NCBI GenBank assembly: GCA_038087875.1
Contig: CM075998.1
Coordinates: 2,232,001-2,296,000 of the forward strand
Direction: 5' to 3'
DNA from: Malacoraja senta
Lineage: Eukaryota
DNA: 64,000 nucleotides
Made by a program: the position numbers and the translations under genes. This document shows positions 14,246-28,331 of the stretch, one piece after another. The stretch's first letter is position 1, and each line of letters opens with the position of its first letter. The notes under the pieces are model-generated. The model saw only the letters and a list, made by a program, of their open reading frames with translations. It ran no database searches and was not told the DNA's origin.

Positions 14246-14754
14246 CAAACTTTGCAGAGAGAAAAACAGTTAGTTTTGGATCAATGACCTTTCACCAGAG
14301 GTAGAGGGAAAAACAGGAAATAGCACTGTGCTTCTGTAAGAGCTGCTCAAAGGGTTTGTCACTTTTATGCCCTTTGGCTTTATTTCTTCTTGTTTTGGAA
14401 GAAGAGCCACACTGCATTGGGAGCTGGCCTGCACGGTACAAAACACAGAAACTCCCAGGTGTCAGCCTGCAGGACTAGCTTATTGTATTTATAGACATGA
14501 GCGAGCTTACCCCCAACAGTTGGGTCGCACAGCCACAGTTTTGTCGGCTGTTGTTTCACTGAGTGTTTACACTGTGAAATGGCACCGTTGAGGAAGATCC
14601 ACCTGTGTTCTTGCAGTGTGACAATGGCCAGTCCAAGGGTTATTTTTAATGTTGCCTCCAGAGGGCCCTGTTTCATAAGATACACGAGTTGCTATATATA
14701 TAAAATGACAAGTATGTTCTTGTTTGACATATAAACCACTATGCTTTTGTCTTA

Positions 14755-15270
14755 TGCCATACTTTAGGATTGAGGATTTTGGTTCTGGAGTATCTGATGA
14801 GGTCATTGTGGGGACCACAGACAGTTCCACATGTAGGGCACAAGATGCCTGAGTTGGGGGGGGGGGGGGTAATTTGCAAATTGCTGTGCTGCTTTTGTCC
14901 TTTACATGGGGCTTCTGCATGCTTCACAGTGGTGTGATCTAGGCTCGGGTTGGATAACTCAGATGCGCTCACCTCCACCATTTTCCAACAAGAGGAAGAG
15001 TTTTGGAGTAAGATGTGCTCTGTGGCCTCCCCCAAATGACTGTCTGCCTGCCTCTGTTCATGGGCCAGGTGTTCATGGAATCCCAAGTGCTCCTTGACCT
15101 TTGAGCGGTCTTGGCCCAGAGGTTCCCAGCAGTCAGTGGGGAAGTTTTGAACAAATCCTTGTTATTTTTTACTCTATTCGCCTGGTAATTTCCTTCATGG
15201 CGCTCAGAATAGAGCATCTATTTCAGGAATCTAGTTTCGGGCCGAAAGACGATGTAACCTGGGCAAAAGG
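14755..15270 (-). mobile_element. Decayed RTE-like LINE 3' fragment; similar remnant at ~57435-57930
   Basis: Minus-strand CPTCGTVCGPH C-terminal Cys motif remnant. Confidence 0.5.
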
Positions 15271-15289
15271 AGCCAATTGAGTTTAGCTT

Positions 15290-18200
15290 GAGCCTCATAA
15301 TTTCTGATAACTTTAACAAGGTTTTACCACCAGATGTATCTTTCCCTCCCCTTGCCTCTCTCCCCTCTGCTCCCTTTATAGCATTCCCTATGGACATTTC
15401 CCTTCACAATTCCGTAGTCCACTCTTTCATCACCACGAAACGCTTCCCTTTATTGCACTGTCCTTTGTAACTGCCATACAACACCTATCCTTTCCCTTCC
15501 CACCAACCAAGGACATAAACAGTCCTTCTCAGTGAAGCAGTGATTCACCTGTATTTCTTCCAGTCCAGTGCACTGCATTCAATGTTCACAGTGTGGCCTC
15601 CTATGCCTTGGAGAACCTGAATGCAGATTGGGTGGCTACTCTGCAGGACTTCTCTGTCCAGTCCACATAGACAACCTGGAGCTTCCATTTACCTGTAATT
15701 TTAACTCTATATATCCCACTCCCTTTCTGAACCATGTTTCTGTCGCCTCCTGCACTAACCTGACATGAAAACGGAGCCTCTTTTAGACCTTGGATCAAAC
15801 ATCTCCAAAATTAACGCCTCATCACGCTCTCCACTTATCATCCTGGGGGGCAATTTCAATGTCCCAGGTGTAGATTGGTCTGACGGCATACAAAATGAAC
15901 CAAAAGGAGCTCTCCAGGAAGCCCTAGCTGACCTTACTCTGGAAAATCACCTGTCCAAAAAAGTCACTTTCCCTACCAGGCGTGATGAGACGGATTTAAT
16001 TTCGGAAGTTTCATCGTGTGCTGGAATTAGCGATCATTATATTATCCAAGCAAAACTGCACACAAAGCTTAAAGTTCCTTCAAAGCCACCGCGTAAAATT
16101 TCCCTCTGGAGAAAAGTGAACAGCGAGGAATTTAAAGTCTTAGCAAAAAAACTGGGAAAAGATTTCTTCAACCTGCAACCAGATAAAAGATCCGTAAAAG
16201 ACAACTGGGTGTGGCTGAGAAACTCTTTAAATAATATTGTTACAAATCATGTTCCTCAAACTCATTAAGGGCCTCTGCAGTAAGAAAGAGAAGTCTTATA
16301 TCCGTACCAAAAAAAGGGGTACAAAACTGGACTGGGACAATTTTACTAGAGTGCGAAAGCAAGTCGATCGTGCTATTAGGAGTGCTCATAGACAATATGT
16401 TTCTTCTATTCTTGGGGGAGAGCAACCCAAGGCTTTTTGGAGATATGTGAAATCCAGACAGACAGACAACACTGGTGTCCAGATGCTTAAAGTGAACAAC
16501 TGTCTGATCACTGAGGACCAGGCGAAAGCAGAAGCTCTTGCAAACCAATTTCAACACGTTTTCACTCGGGAAGATATGGAGCCTTCATCATTTCCAGTTC
16601 TACCGCCCAGCCCGTATGCTGATATGCCTGCTATTAAAATTGAGGTTGAAGGTGTCAAGAAGTTATTGCTCAACATCAATACCACAAAAGCAATTGGACC
16701 AGATCAGATACAGAATCAAGCTCTCAAGATCGCGGCCGAAGAACTGGCTCCAGTTTTGCAGTTCATTTTCCAACAATCGCTTGACTCGGGTGATGTTCCG
16801 CTGGATTGGAGGAAGGCTAACATCACTCCTCTCTTTAAGGAGGGTTCAACCACCAACCCAGCGAATTATCGTCCTGTTTCATTAACAAGTACTTGCTGCA
16901 AATTACTGGAGCATGTAATTGATAGTAATCTGATGCGACACGTGAGGAAACATAATATTCTTGCTGACAACCAACATGCATTTAGGAGGCATAGATCATG
17001 TGAGTCTCAGCTTATCCTGACGACAAATGACCTGGCCAAACATCTTGATGGTAACGTCATCACGGATTTAGTAGTGCTGGACTTTTCTAAAGCATTTGAT
17101 GTCATCCCACACCAGAGACGGCTTCGGAAGCTTGACTTCTATGGTATTCGTTCCAACACAAAACGATGGATTTCCAGTTTCCTGACAAAACGTCTTCAGC
17201 GTGTGTGTGTGTGTGAACGGAAAGAGCTCCAATTGGCATCCAGTGTTGAGTGGTACACCTCAGGGCACAGTACTTGGCCCACATCTGTTTTTGCTTTACA
17301 TAAACGACATCCATGAAAAAGTCGCAAGCACGACCAGACTATTCGCTGATGATTGTTTGCTGTCCAATTAAGTCAGCTGACGATGAAGATGCTCTCCAAA
17401 AGGACCTCGATACAATGGTTGAGTGGTCACAACAATGGGGCATGCAGTTCAATCCTTCCAAATGTGAAACCATGCGTGTCACCAGAAAGAGGAATCCAGG
17501 CGAAACATCGTACAATATACTTGGTACCACCCTTGAAGAATCCAAACAAACCAAGTATCTTGGCATCAAATTGCAGAATGATCTGCGCTGGAATGGTCAG
17601 ACTCATCATGCAACGGCGAAAGCAACAGGTGTCCTAAATTTTCTGAGGCGCAACTTTCATCATTGTTCAACTTCTGTCAAGGAGAAGCTATACTTTACCC
17701 TCGTTAGACCTCATTTGGGCTACGCAGTTGCAGCATGGGACCCATACACAAATAAAAACATTTCTTCCATCGAACGTGTCCAAAGACAGGCAGCTCGATT
17801 TGTTACTAACACCTATGAGAGAGAAGCGAGTGTTACCAAACTTCTGAATTCTCTGGGGTGGAACTCCAAGACAGACGTGAAGCTCACCGTTTGACCTGTT
17901 TTTACAAAATGTTAATTGGTCAGCTCAACATAGATTACAAGACCTACACCAAACCCAAACCAACTAGGAGCAGACGAGGGCATTCGATCCAATTTGTGAT
18001 TCCCGCTACCAAGACAGATGTGTACAGCAATTCGTTCTTCCCCCACACAATTAAAGCATGGAATAATCTCCACCCTACTTTAGTTACCCAACCAGATGCA
18101 ACTAAATTTAAGGTAGCTCTTTCTTCCCAAAAACCCTTTCTGGCTTAAGTCCTCCCTCCACCACCTCCAGTTTAAATTCCATTTGGAATATTTTGGAGGA

Positions 18201-18320
18201 CCAAGAAAGCAAGAACCAAGAACCTAATGAGGCCCAACGTAAGCTTGACGAACAGCATCTCATCTGTATGGCCATGTTGTAGCCTTTGGGACAATATTGA
18301 ATTCAACAATTTCAGATAAC
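15290..18320 (+). mobile_element. Decayed Penelope-like element GIY-YIG region (15290-15758 + 18224-18320), split by the LINE above
   Basis: HCIQCSQCGLLCLGE...RLG left of the insertion; NEAQRKLDEQHLI...EFNNFR right of it. Confidence 0.8.
15759..18223 (+). mobile_element. 5'-truncated, frameshifted non-LTR retrotransposon (CR1/L2-group; APE endonuclease remnant + RT)
   Basis: Four overlapping ORFs (15765-16268, 16237-17316, 17313-17894, 17858-18148) join into EN (GGNFNVP, SDH) and RT (NYRPVSLTS, LDFSKAFD, GTPQGTVLGP, FADD); 3' hairpin ~18164-18199; (ACCAAGA)-like tail; possible CTAA TSD. Confidence 0.93.
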
Positions 18321-19573
18321 TTGCATTTAGTTTGTATTGAAACTAGCCAGTTCTGCCATTAAGTTCATTCATCTGTAACGGCAGTTCAACTCTTCCTCTC
18401 TCCTCAGACACTGCTTGATCTGCTGGGCATTTTCAGAATACTTTTGGTTTAAGGCCTCAGTAACGACTCTGACCTGCATTTCGCAGCTTCTCTATGTCCC
18501 TTTTTATTCTCTTTCTCTCAAACTATCCTCATTCAACTATCACCCAGACAGTTCAGTAAACAGTAGAATACATTGTAATCCTGCCTTGCCCTATCCAAGA
18601 TATGTGTTTTATTCAATCTATCCCTTTCTGCAACTTAAAACTAATTTGTCTTTTCACTTTTCACATCCAGTTCAAACGTAGGATCATTGACCGGAGATGC
18701 TGTGTTTCCAATAGTTTTTGTTTTTATTTTAAATTCCATTCCCTCTCCATTTAATTCTGCTCCTGTTCCTGACCACTGTCTCAAACTGAACCAGATGTCT
18801 ACAAACTTGGTATCTGATTTGAACCTCTGACCCCATTGCCACCACCTTACCAAGAGCACAAACCTAAACGCATCCAGCTCCCTGTGTCCTTACTTGCGCT
18901 CAGAATCACTCCCATCATCCCCAGCACCACGTTAGCTCCCTTTTTAAGCATATCCCAGTGTTAACATGTCATCCTTGGGAAAAGAACACCTCATGGGTGA
19001 AGAGGGCAACAGAAATGACATTGTTTCCCTCTCTATTTCTTTAATCTCTTGCAGTTCTATTTCTTATCCATCTCTGGCTTCTTGACCATTCTGTATGTTA
19101 ATGTACTATTAGTAGGTACGGCTCTTAACACAGTTCCTCAACCTTTCTGCCTCTACGATTACGGTGCACTTTATTCTATTTTGTTCAAACCAAAGATGGG
19201 CTCCATCTCCAAGTGCCTTGAACACGGAGGCGGGGCGTTTGACGCAATGTGACCCGTGCTCCCACTGATTGACAGTCCGTATCACGTGACGTTGTTGACG
19301 CGCGCTGCTCGCTGGGTAGCGGCCGTTCACTGGCCCGCCGCGGCGTCGCGCTCCGCCGCATGAAGTAGTTCCCGTGTTTACAGAGTAAAAGGGCCGAGTG
19401 GCAGGAGCGGTGTTCAGCCGCCACGGTGGATCAGTGCGGCGGGGCAGTCGCTGCCGTGATGTCGGTGCTGGATGTGGCATTGGGAGTTGTTTCCGCCAGT
19501 TGCGGGGCCTGAGCGCGGAGGTATAAAAGGCGCGAGCGCCTGCTTCCGTTTCTCTTTGTGACTCGTGTTGAAG

Positions 19574-21441
<1,868 letters not shown>

Positions 21442-21472
21442 ACATTAACAAATCCTGTCATTTGGTTTGAAT

Positions 21473-21478
21473 AATAAA
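21473..21478 (+). terminator. RPS26 polyadenylation signal AATAAA
   Basis: AATAAA ~30 nt after the stop codon, followed by T-rich sequence. Confidence 0.85.
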
Positions 21479-21854
21479 AATGTTAGACCACTGAAATTTA
21501 TTTGGACCTTATTTTGATGTTTGGATCAATGAAAGCTGCTTACATGATGCAGTGAGATGTGGATTTCACTGTTCTGCTGCTTATATTTGCAGTGTCACTG
21601 CTGCTCAAACTTCACTGATGAGCTATCAAGGTTTTTACATGGAAGGTTTTGTGGAAGCGAGCAAAATGGAAATTCTGTTTAGCTTCCTGGGGGACTGTAT
21701 TTGTACCAGATTATGTCTATTGCTTTGAAACACTTTCAAAGCAAAAAACTGGAATTTTCTCTATCGAGTTCTACATAGATTTGGCCTGCATGACACTGTT
21801 ATTAAAACCATACAGGCACTATATAATAAGCCCACTGCTAGAATTAAAGTTAAC

Positions 21855-22870
21855 GTAGAAAGGGGTTCAAGACAGGGATGTGCGTGGTCACCATTACTCT
21901 TTGCATTATATTTGGAACCACTAGCTCAATATATAAGACAAAATTAAGAAATAAAAGGTATTACTATTCAAGGGACTGAACATAAATTGGCCTGTTATGT
22001 GGATGACATTTTGATTTATTTGGGACAACCAACAAACTCTACCTAGATTGATGCAATCACTCGAACAATACCGTCAACTATCAGGATACAAGATTAACAT
22101 AGGTAAAACACAACTGCTTATATACAACTACAGCCCATCAGGAGAAGTCAGAAGTAGGTACCCTCTGGCATGGCAAGCAGAACATCTCAAATATTTGGGG
22201 ATCATTATACCAAGGGATCTTACAGAACTATCAGAATGCAACTATTCACCTATACACCAAAACATCAGGGAGGATATAGCTAGATGGAGCCTAATTCCTT
22301 TCTTAAGTCTCAGCTTGAGAATTGAATCTATTAAAATGAACATATTGCCAAGACTTATATTTATTTCAGACCCTACCAATAGAGTTTAATCAAAAACAAT
22401 TTAATGAATGGGACAAAATATTGTCAAAATATATATGGCAAGGTAAAAGGCCTAGGACCCGTCTCAAAACCTTACAGTTAACAAAAGAAAAGAGGGGATG
22501 TGGTCTACCCTCTCTCAAAGACTATTATCAGGCAGCACAGTTAAGATCTATGATATGCTGGTGCTACTCATCATATGCTCAATGGAGTCGAGTATAGGTT
22601 TGATGGGATTGTTTAGGAAAGCGTATAATTTAAATACTGGTAGTAAAATTATTTCATGTATGTATAAAGGGTTATTGAATCTTAAATCACACTCAACCGT
22701 AGATATTAAAATGAAATGGCAGAAGGAAGGAGGGATAATCATATCCGAGGAAAAATGGACAGCAATATGGAGGTATCAATGGAAGTGTACCAGCTCAAAA
22801 AACTAGAGGGAATTTAGCTGGAAAAGCCTGATACGGTATTTTATTACGCATTCTCAGAAATCCCAACATT
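21855..22870 (+). mobile_element. Internally deleted L1-clade LINE ORF2 fragment
   Basis: [49 protein letters not shown] motifs with stops and frameshifts. Confidence 0.88.
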
Positions 22871-23728
22871 TAAGAAACATTTCGACAAGATGGTAGATGG
22901 CATTCCTTATCTGGATTAAATTCTGCTTGTCACTTGGGTGCCCATTTACTCAGTCTTCGTTGGTATCCAATGTATGTATACTATGATTACAGACTCGATT
23001 TGGTTGCAACCTTATTTTTGTCTGCACTTGGGACAAAGGGCTAGCACTGTGGCGCAGCTGTAGAACTGCCTCAGAGTGCTGTCCGTGTGGAGTTGACCGC
23101 ATGCGTTTCCTCCAGGTGCTCGGGTTTCCTCCCATATCCCAAAGACGTACAGGTTTGTAAGTTCATTGGCCTCTAAATTGTTCCTGGTGTGTAGGGAGTG
23201 GATGTAGGATAACAAAACTAGTGTAAATGAATGATCGATGGTCTGTGGTCTTTCAATCAATTATGCCTTTAGGTTACTTTTCGTTTGGAAGCCTTCAGCT
23301 AATTTATTCTACTAAACAATTGGTCTAAAATTTGCTTGCATTCATTCATTCATTCTGATCCTTGTGGTATAGATGGTGTACAACTATTTCCTAGATTTCC
23401 TAACAACATTCAGCTTAACCGATCGATTGTGTCCCTATCTTCAATCAAGCTGATTCCCCGTGATCAGGACCTTTTTAGTTTCTCCCTGCACTGTTAGTCC
23501 AGAACCAGCCACTAGATGGTGCTTAAGAGCAACAGATGTCCCTTCCTTCAATAACAAAGACAGAGCGTTGGAAAGACACTATCGCATCTGCTTCCACCAT
23601 CACCACCCTGGACCACACAGTCCAGGTACCTGCTGCTTTCTGTAAGATAACAAAAACTTGTCCTGTACATCTCCTTTAAACATTCCCTAACAGTCCTCTC
23701 CTGCAGCTTCCCTATTACTGAGGCACAT

Positions 23729-24832
23729 CAAGTCAAGTCAAGTCACATTTATTTATACAGCACATTTAAAAAACAACTCTCGTTGGCCAAAGTGCTTTAC
23801 ATTTGTTATAAGAATAATATAAACAAAACAAACTACATACATATATACATATAGCCCTCACTCAGAGGACGTCAGGAAAGGCTTGGGAGTATAGATACGT
23901 TTTTAGTCTTGACTTAAAAGAGTCGATGGAGGGGGCAGTTCTGATGGGAAAGGGGATGCTTTTCCACAGTCTAGGGGCTGCAACCGCAAAGGCGTGGTCG
24001 CACCTGAGCTTATGCCTAGACCGTGGGATATTCAGCAACCCCAAGTCGGCCGATCTGAGGGGCCTGGAGGTGGAGTGGTGGGTGAGAAGACTTTTTATGT
24101 AGGTGGGGGCAAGCCCATTGAGGGCTTTGTAGACATGGAGGAGGATCTTGAAGTTTATACAGAACCGCACAGGTAGCCAGTGGAGAGAGGCCAGGATCGA
24201 GGTGATGTGGTCCCTTTTTCGGGTGCCCGTCAGGAGTCTCGCTGCGGCGTTTTGGACCAGTTGCAGGCGGGACAGGGAAGATTGGCTGATGCCAGTGTAA
24301 AGGGAGTTGCCGTAATCTAGGCGGGAGGAGATGAATGTGTGGATGATCTTTTCGAGGTCATCAAACTGGAGGAATTGTTTTATTTTAGCTATCGTCCGAA
24401 GCTGAAAGAAGCTAGCTTTTACCACGGCATTGACTTGTTTGTCAAATTTCAGTGCTGAGTTAAATATCACGCCAAGGTTTTTGACGTGATGTCTGAGTAG
24501 TGGGGTAAGGCTTCCAAGGCTGCCTGCTATCATTTTGATTGAGTCCGAGGGGCCGAGAAGGATGACCTCAGACTTACTCTCGTTTAGTTGGAGGAAGTTC
24601 TGGGCCATCCAACACTTTATATCCTTGAGGCAGCGGGTAAAGTTAAGCAGATTTGATTGGTTTTTGGGCTTCAGGGGGAGATAGAGTTGTGTATCGTCTG
24701 CGTAGCAATGGAAGGAAATGCCGTACCTTTCAATTACTTGGCCTAAGGGGAGCATATACAGGGAGAAGAGAATGGGGCCAAGGATGGAACCTTGTGGAAC
24801 CCCACAGCAGAGATTAGCTGGGGAGGAGAAAG
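23729..24832 (-). mobile_element. 5'-truncated L2-clade LINE with uninterrupted RT C-terminal frame and intact 3' tail
   Basis: ORF 23862-24836: GVPQGSILGPILF, HCYADDTQLY, LQLVQNAAARLL, HITSILASLHWLPV; 3' end AAAGCACTTTG...AATAAA...(TGACT)n; possible ACAT TSD. Confidence 0.93.
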
Positions 24833-25369
24833 ACATGTAATTTCAACATATAATTTCCTGGATTATCCCTGTTTTCCTTCTTAAACGAACAACATTGGCT
24901 ACTGATCTTCATCAAGGCTCCAGCGATCTCTCTTGCCTCTCGGGCCCTGGAATCATCAACTAGCGCTCTTCAAGAGACCCAACACCACTTCCTGCTTGAT
25001 CTCAATGTACCCTACACTGATCTCCTCCTTGGTCAATACCGATGCAAAGTACTCATCCTTGCTAACTCCTGTCTAATAATGTTATAATCATCTTTACCCC
25101 CAATTTAGTAGCTTCCCCCAAGGTCCAGACTTACCTTTTTTCATCACTATCTTAACATTTATGGCGTTGTGATCACTGTTTCCACAATGCTCTCCACTGA
25201 AACACCAGTCATCCAACTAGGATTATTCCGTGACACAATGTCCAGAATGAGCCCTCCCCCTCCCTCAAATTGAACTATTCACATACTTTCAAGAAACCCT
25301 CTTGGATATACCTGCCAAATATTGCCCTATCTATGCCACTTGCACTGAGCAAGTCAATGATCCAGTCAA

Positions 25370-25462
25370 AGGTACACAAAAATGCTGGAGAAACTCAGCG
25401 GGTGCAGCAGCATCTATGGAGCGAAAGAAACAGGCAACGTTTCGGGCCGAAACCCTTCTTCA
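25370..25462 (-). mobile_element. Penelope-derived terminal fragment, 14-bp TSD
   Basis: AATGATCCAGTCAA at 25356-25369 and 25463-25476. Confidence 0.85.
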
Positions 25463-25780
25463 AATGATCCAGTCAATGTTGGGGAAACTAAAGTCACCCA
25501 TTATGACAACCCTGTTGCTTTTACATCTTTCTGTAATCTGTCTGCACATCTGTTCCTCTGTCCCAGTGTCTATAATCCTATCAGAGTGATTGCACCTTAA
25601 GTATTTAGAATTCTACCCATATCACCTCAATGAATGAACCCTCCAGTATGTGACAATCTCCCTGATTAACAATGCAACTCCTCCACCTCTTTTACATCTC
25701 TTTCACACACATCTGAAACATCCAAACCCTGGAGCTGCCAGTCATGCCATTACTCGCTACCAAGTATCTGTAATGCCTGC

Positions 25781-26015
25781 AACGGCTGCGGGAGCTTCGA
25801 TCGCCCCGACTGCGGATGGTTCGACTGCCCCGACCGCGGGAGAAAAGGAGGGAAGAAGATAATACGTTATTGCCTTCCATCACAGTGCGCTGTGGTGGAT
25901 GTTTATGTTAATTTTTATGTTGTGTGTCTTGCTACTTTTTTGGTATGACTATGGCAAATCAAACTATTTGTATGTTTTTACAGACTTGGCTAATAAATGA
26001 ATTACAATTACAATT
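25781..26015 (+). mobile_element. SINE-like retroposon with (ATTACA)n tail
   Basis: CpG-rich 5' part, hairpin ~25876-25899, AATAAA plus repeat tail. Confidence 0.65.
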
Positions 26016-26859
26016 GTAGTTCCATGCACTCCTTGTAGTTCACCCATAACACCCCTTGCATTGAAATAAACACACTTCAGCCCTTGATTTTGTGATCCAT
26101 ATCTGAAAGCTAGTGTATAAGGGAGACCATGGGCAGAAATTCACAGCCTGTTAACGTGCTTTCTCTTCATTGGGTGAAAAGATAGTAGGCTAATCTCTTT
26201 GTGGAACTCTTTAAACTATGCAATATATGGAAGATTCATCTTTGGTCCTTGGCTGACTGACATTAGCTGAAGTATGATGGAGAATACACAGCTTTCACCC
26301 CCCCCCCCCCTCCTGTCTTCATACACCTCAGTTAAGGAGGGTATAAATGTAATTGGTGTTCTCGACCCCTGTCTACTGCCCCCTCCTGGTGCGTGTGTAT
26401 GTATGAGGACAGGTTCAATTGAACGTGAGACAGTACCAAAGATCACAAGATTAAGTAAAACAAGACACAATGTGCCGGATCAGCGGGTCAGGCAGCATCT
26501 GTGGAGAACATGGATAGGTGACGTTTCGGATCGAGACTCTTGTTCAAACTGATTGTAGAGAGAGAGAGAGGGGGGTGAGGAAGAGAAAGATGGAAGAGAG
26601 GAGGTGGGTGGACAAAGCATAACAGGTTCCTCGTTTTTATAAGATTAAGTAATCCGGTTTGAAACAACACCATTTGGACAAAATGGGAACAACGAAAGAT
26701 TAGCAGGAAGATTTTAAATGACGGTGTTAACAGCGTTTTAAAAATAGCCCATTTACATAAATGATTTACTTCTATTTTAGATTTTGGGAAAAACGAAAAC
26801 TTTTCAAAGTATATTATTGATTGGTACGTATTTCATACAATTTGCAATACCAAAGTGTG

Positions 26860-27315
26860 TTATTAGCGTCTTGCGCTCACGATTGCTGTAACTCCGCCCA
26901 GGCTAATAAACTGTACGGCTCAACTTTGACAAAGTGGGATTTCACAAACACATTGTTTTATAATGTCACCAAACTCATACTTTAAATACAATCTGGTTTA
27001 TGTTCGGTTCCTTAAATGTGTTCAAATAAAAACGCTGCGTGCATCTTTGCAGTGTGGCTTCTCACCTTCCTGATGATGTGATTTGGATTCAGAAGGTGGA
27101 GCCAACCCCATGTGTCATATCAGCGAGAAACTGCCGAGAGCGGAGCGCAGAGCAACAAGTCGACTGGCAATCAGAAAGTTTGACTGAAAACATTCTCAAC
27201 ATTTCCAAACGATTTAACAATCTCGTGGGTTTTATTTTATTTTAAAAAGTACAAGTCATGGAGCTAATTTCATCGAAGTGACTCAAGGATACGAAGCCAA
27301 TCTGGAAAGGAGAAG
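26860..27315 (+). promoter_or_regulatory. Putative promoter/5' UTR of the ERBB3-like gene, with GC box (~26892) and uORF 27258-27281
   Basis: CpG-enriched, repeat-free stretch upstream of the exon; CpG enrichment continues at ~27590-27830. Confidence 0.5.
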
Positions 27316-27382
27316 ATGGACATTGTGCAGGTGTTGAGCATATACTTGCTCTGGGTTCTACGTGGTGTTGCCTCTCAGTCAG
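27316..27382 (+). CDS. ERBB3: First coding exon (signal peptide MDIVQVLSIYLLWVLRGVASQS) of a receptor, most likely receptor tyrosine kinase ErbB3
   Basis: Strong Kozak aagATGG, hydrophobic signal peptide resembling the human ERBB3 N-terminus (QVL..L...L.RG...SQ), phase-1 donor G|gtaagg, same strand downstream of RPS26 as in the human RPS26-ERBB3 arrangement. Exon 2 not found in the window. Confidence 0.72.
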
Positions 27383-28145
27383 GTAAGGTGGCTTGGTCTT
27401 TTTTGATCTTTCTTGATCTGTCTTTTAAGTTACAAAAGTTGTCTATAATTTGTGCAAAACTTGATCTCAAACTAATTTAGTACTTCTTGTGGTAATGAAT
27501 ACAATTTCTTCTCTCCGATGACAACCTCCCCCCCATTTCAAGACGGAAACGGAGAGCTATAAAAGCTTGTTTGTTTTTAGTTTCTTTGCGCAAGACGGGC
27601 GATAAAGTGAGGTTGCTCAATGGGAGTGGTTCAGGTTGCGAGAAGCTGACTCGTTTGGCACTGAACACGTTAAACAGAATGTAAAAAATCAGGTCAGCGA
27701 GTTCGAGCGGAAAGTGCATGCGTGAGCAAGCACCGAGCCCAGGACAGCGTCCGCATGTCCCCGCGAACTTTCTTTTTGCTGCCTTTCCTTCGTTGGTTTG
27801 TTTGGAGAGCAAACTTGGGGCGTGATATCAATCTCGGAAATCACAGCCAGAATCCAAGACTTTCAGCTAATATTTAGTCTTGTTTTACCCACTGACAGAA
27901 CTGCAGTAAGCTTTGACTGAGGGTGATGGGTCCCAGTAAAGCCCCCACGTTATTTTAAGGTTTAATTTTTCTAACACGTCCCTAAAAGTTGGAAACTGTG
28001 TAACTTTGCCACATGAGCAGATACCAAAAGCTGGGGGTTGAAATGAGAGTCATAAAGGAGCGAGGAGATATTTAGGGAGGATTTCTGAGCATCTTAATTC
28101 AGTGATGGACTTGTTACGAGGATGGTGAAGAGGAGATTTATTCTG

Positions 28146-28331
28146 TTTAAGAAGGAACTGCAGATGCTGGAAAATCGAAGGTAGACAAAAATGCTGGAGA
28201 AACTCAGCGGGTGCAGCAGCATCTATGGAGCGAAGGAAATAGGCAACGTTTCGTCCCGAAACGTTGCCTATTTCCTTCGTTCCATAGATGCTGCTGCACC
28301 CGCTGAGTTTCTCCAGCACTTTTGCCCACCC
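28146..28331. mobile_element. Young Penelope-derived fold-back element, 15-bp TSD
   Basis: Near-perfect inverted repeat 28180-28330; AGGAGATTTATTCTG at 28131-28145 and 28332-28346. Confidence 0.9.

Larger units (their letters stand above)
23380..25700 (-). mobile_element. Highly decayed CR1-type LINE remnant hosting the L2 and a Penelope-derived insertion
   Basis: Fragmentary similarity to reverse-strand shark CR1 ORF2 (e.g. ataatttcctggattatccctg, gtgatcactgtttccacaatgctctccactga). Confidence 0.5.

Noticed and set aside
23862-24836. 324-aa ORF as a domesticated RT gene
   Set aside because: 5'-truncated within RT, ATG supplied by the junction, typical LINE tail
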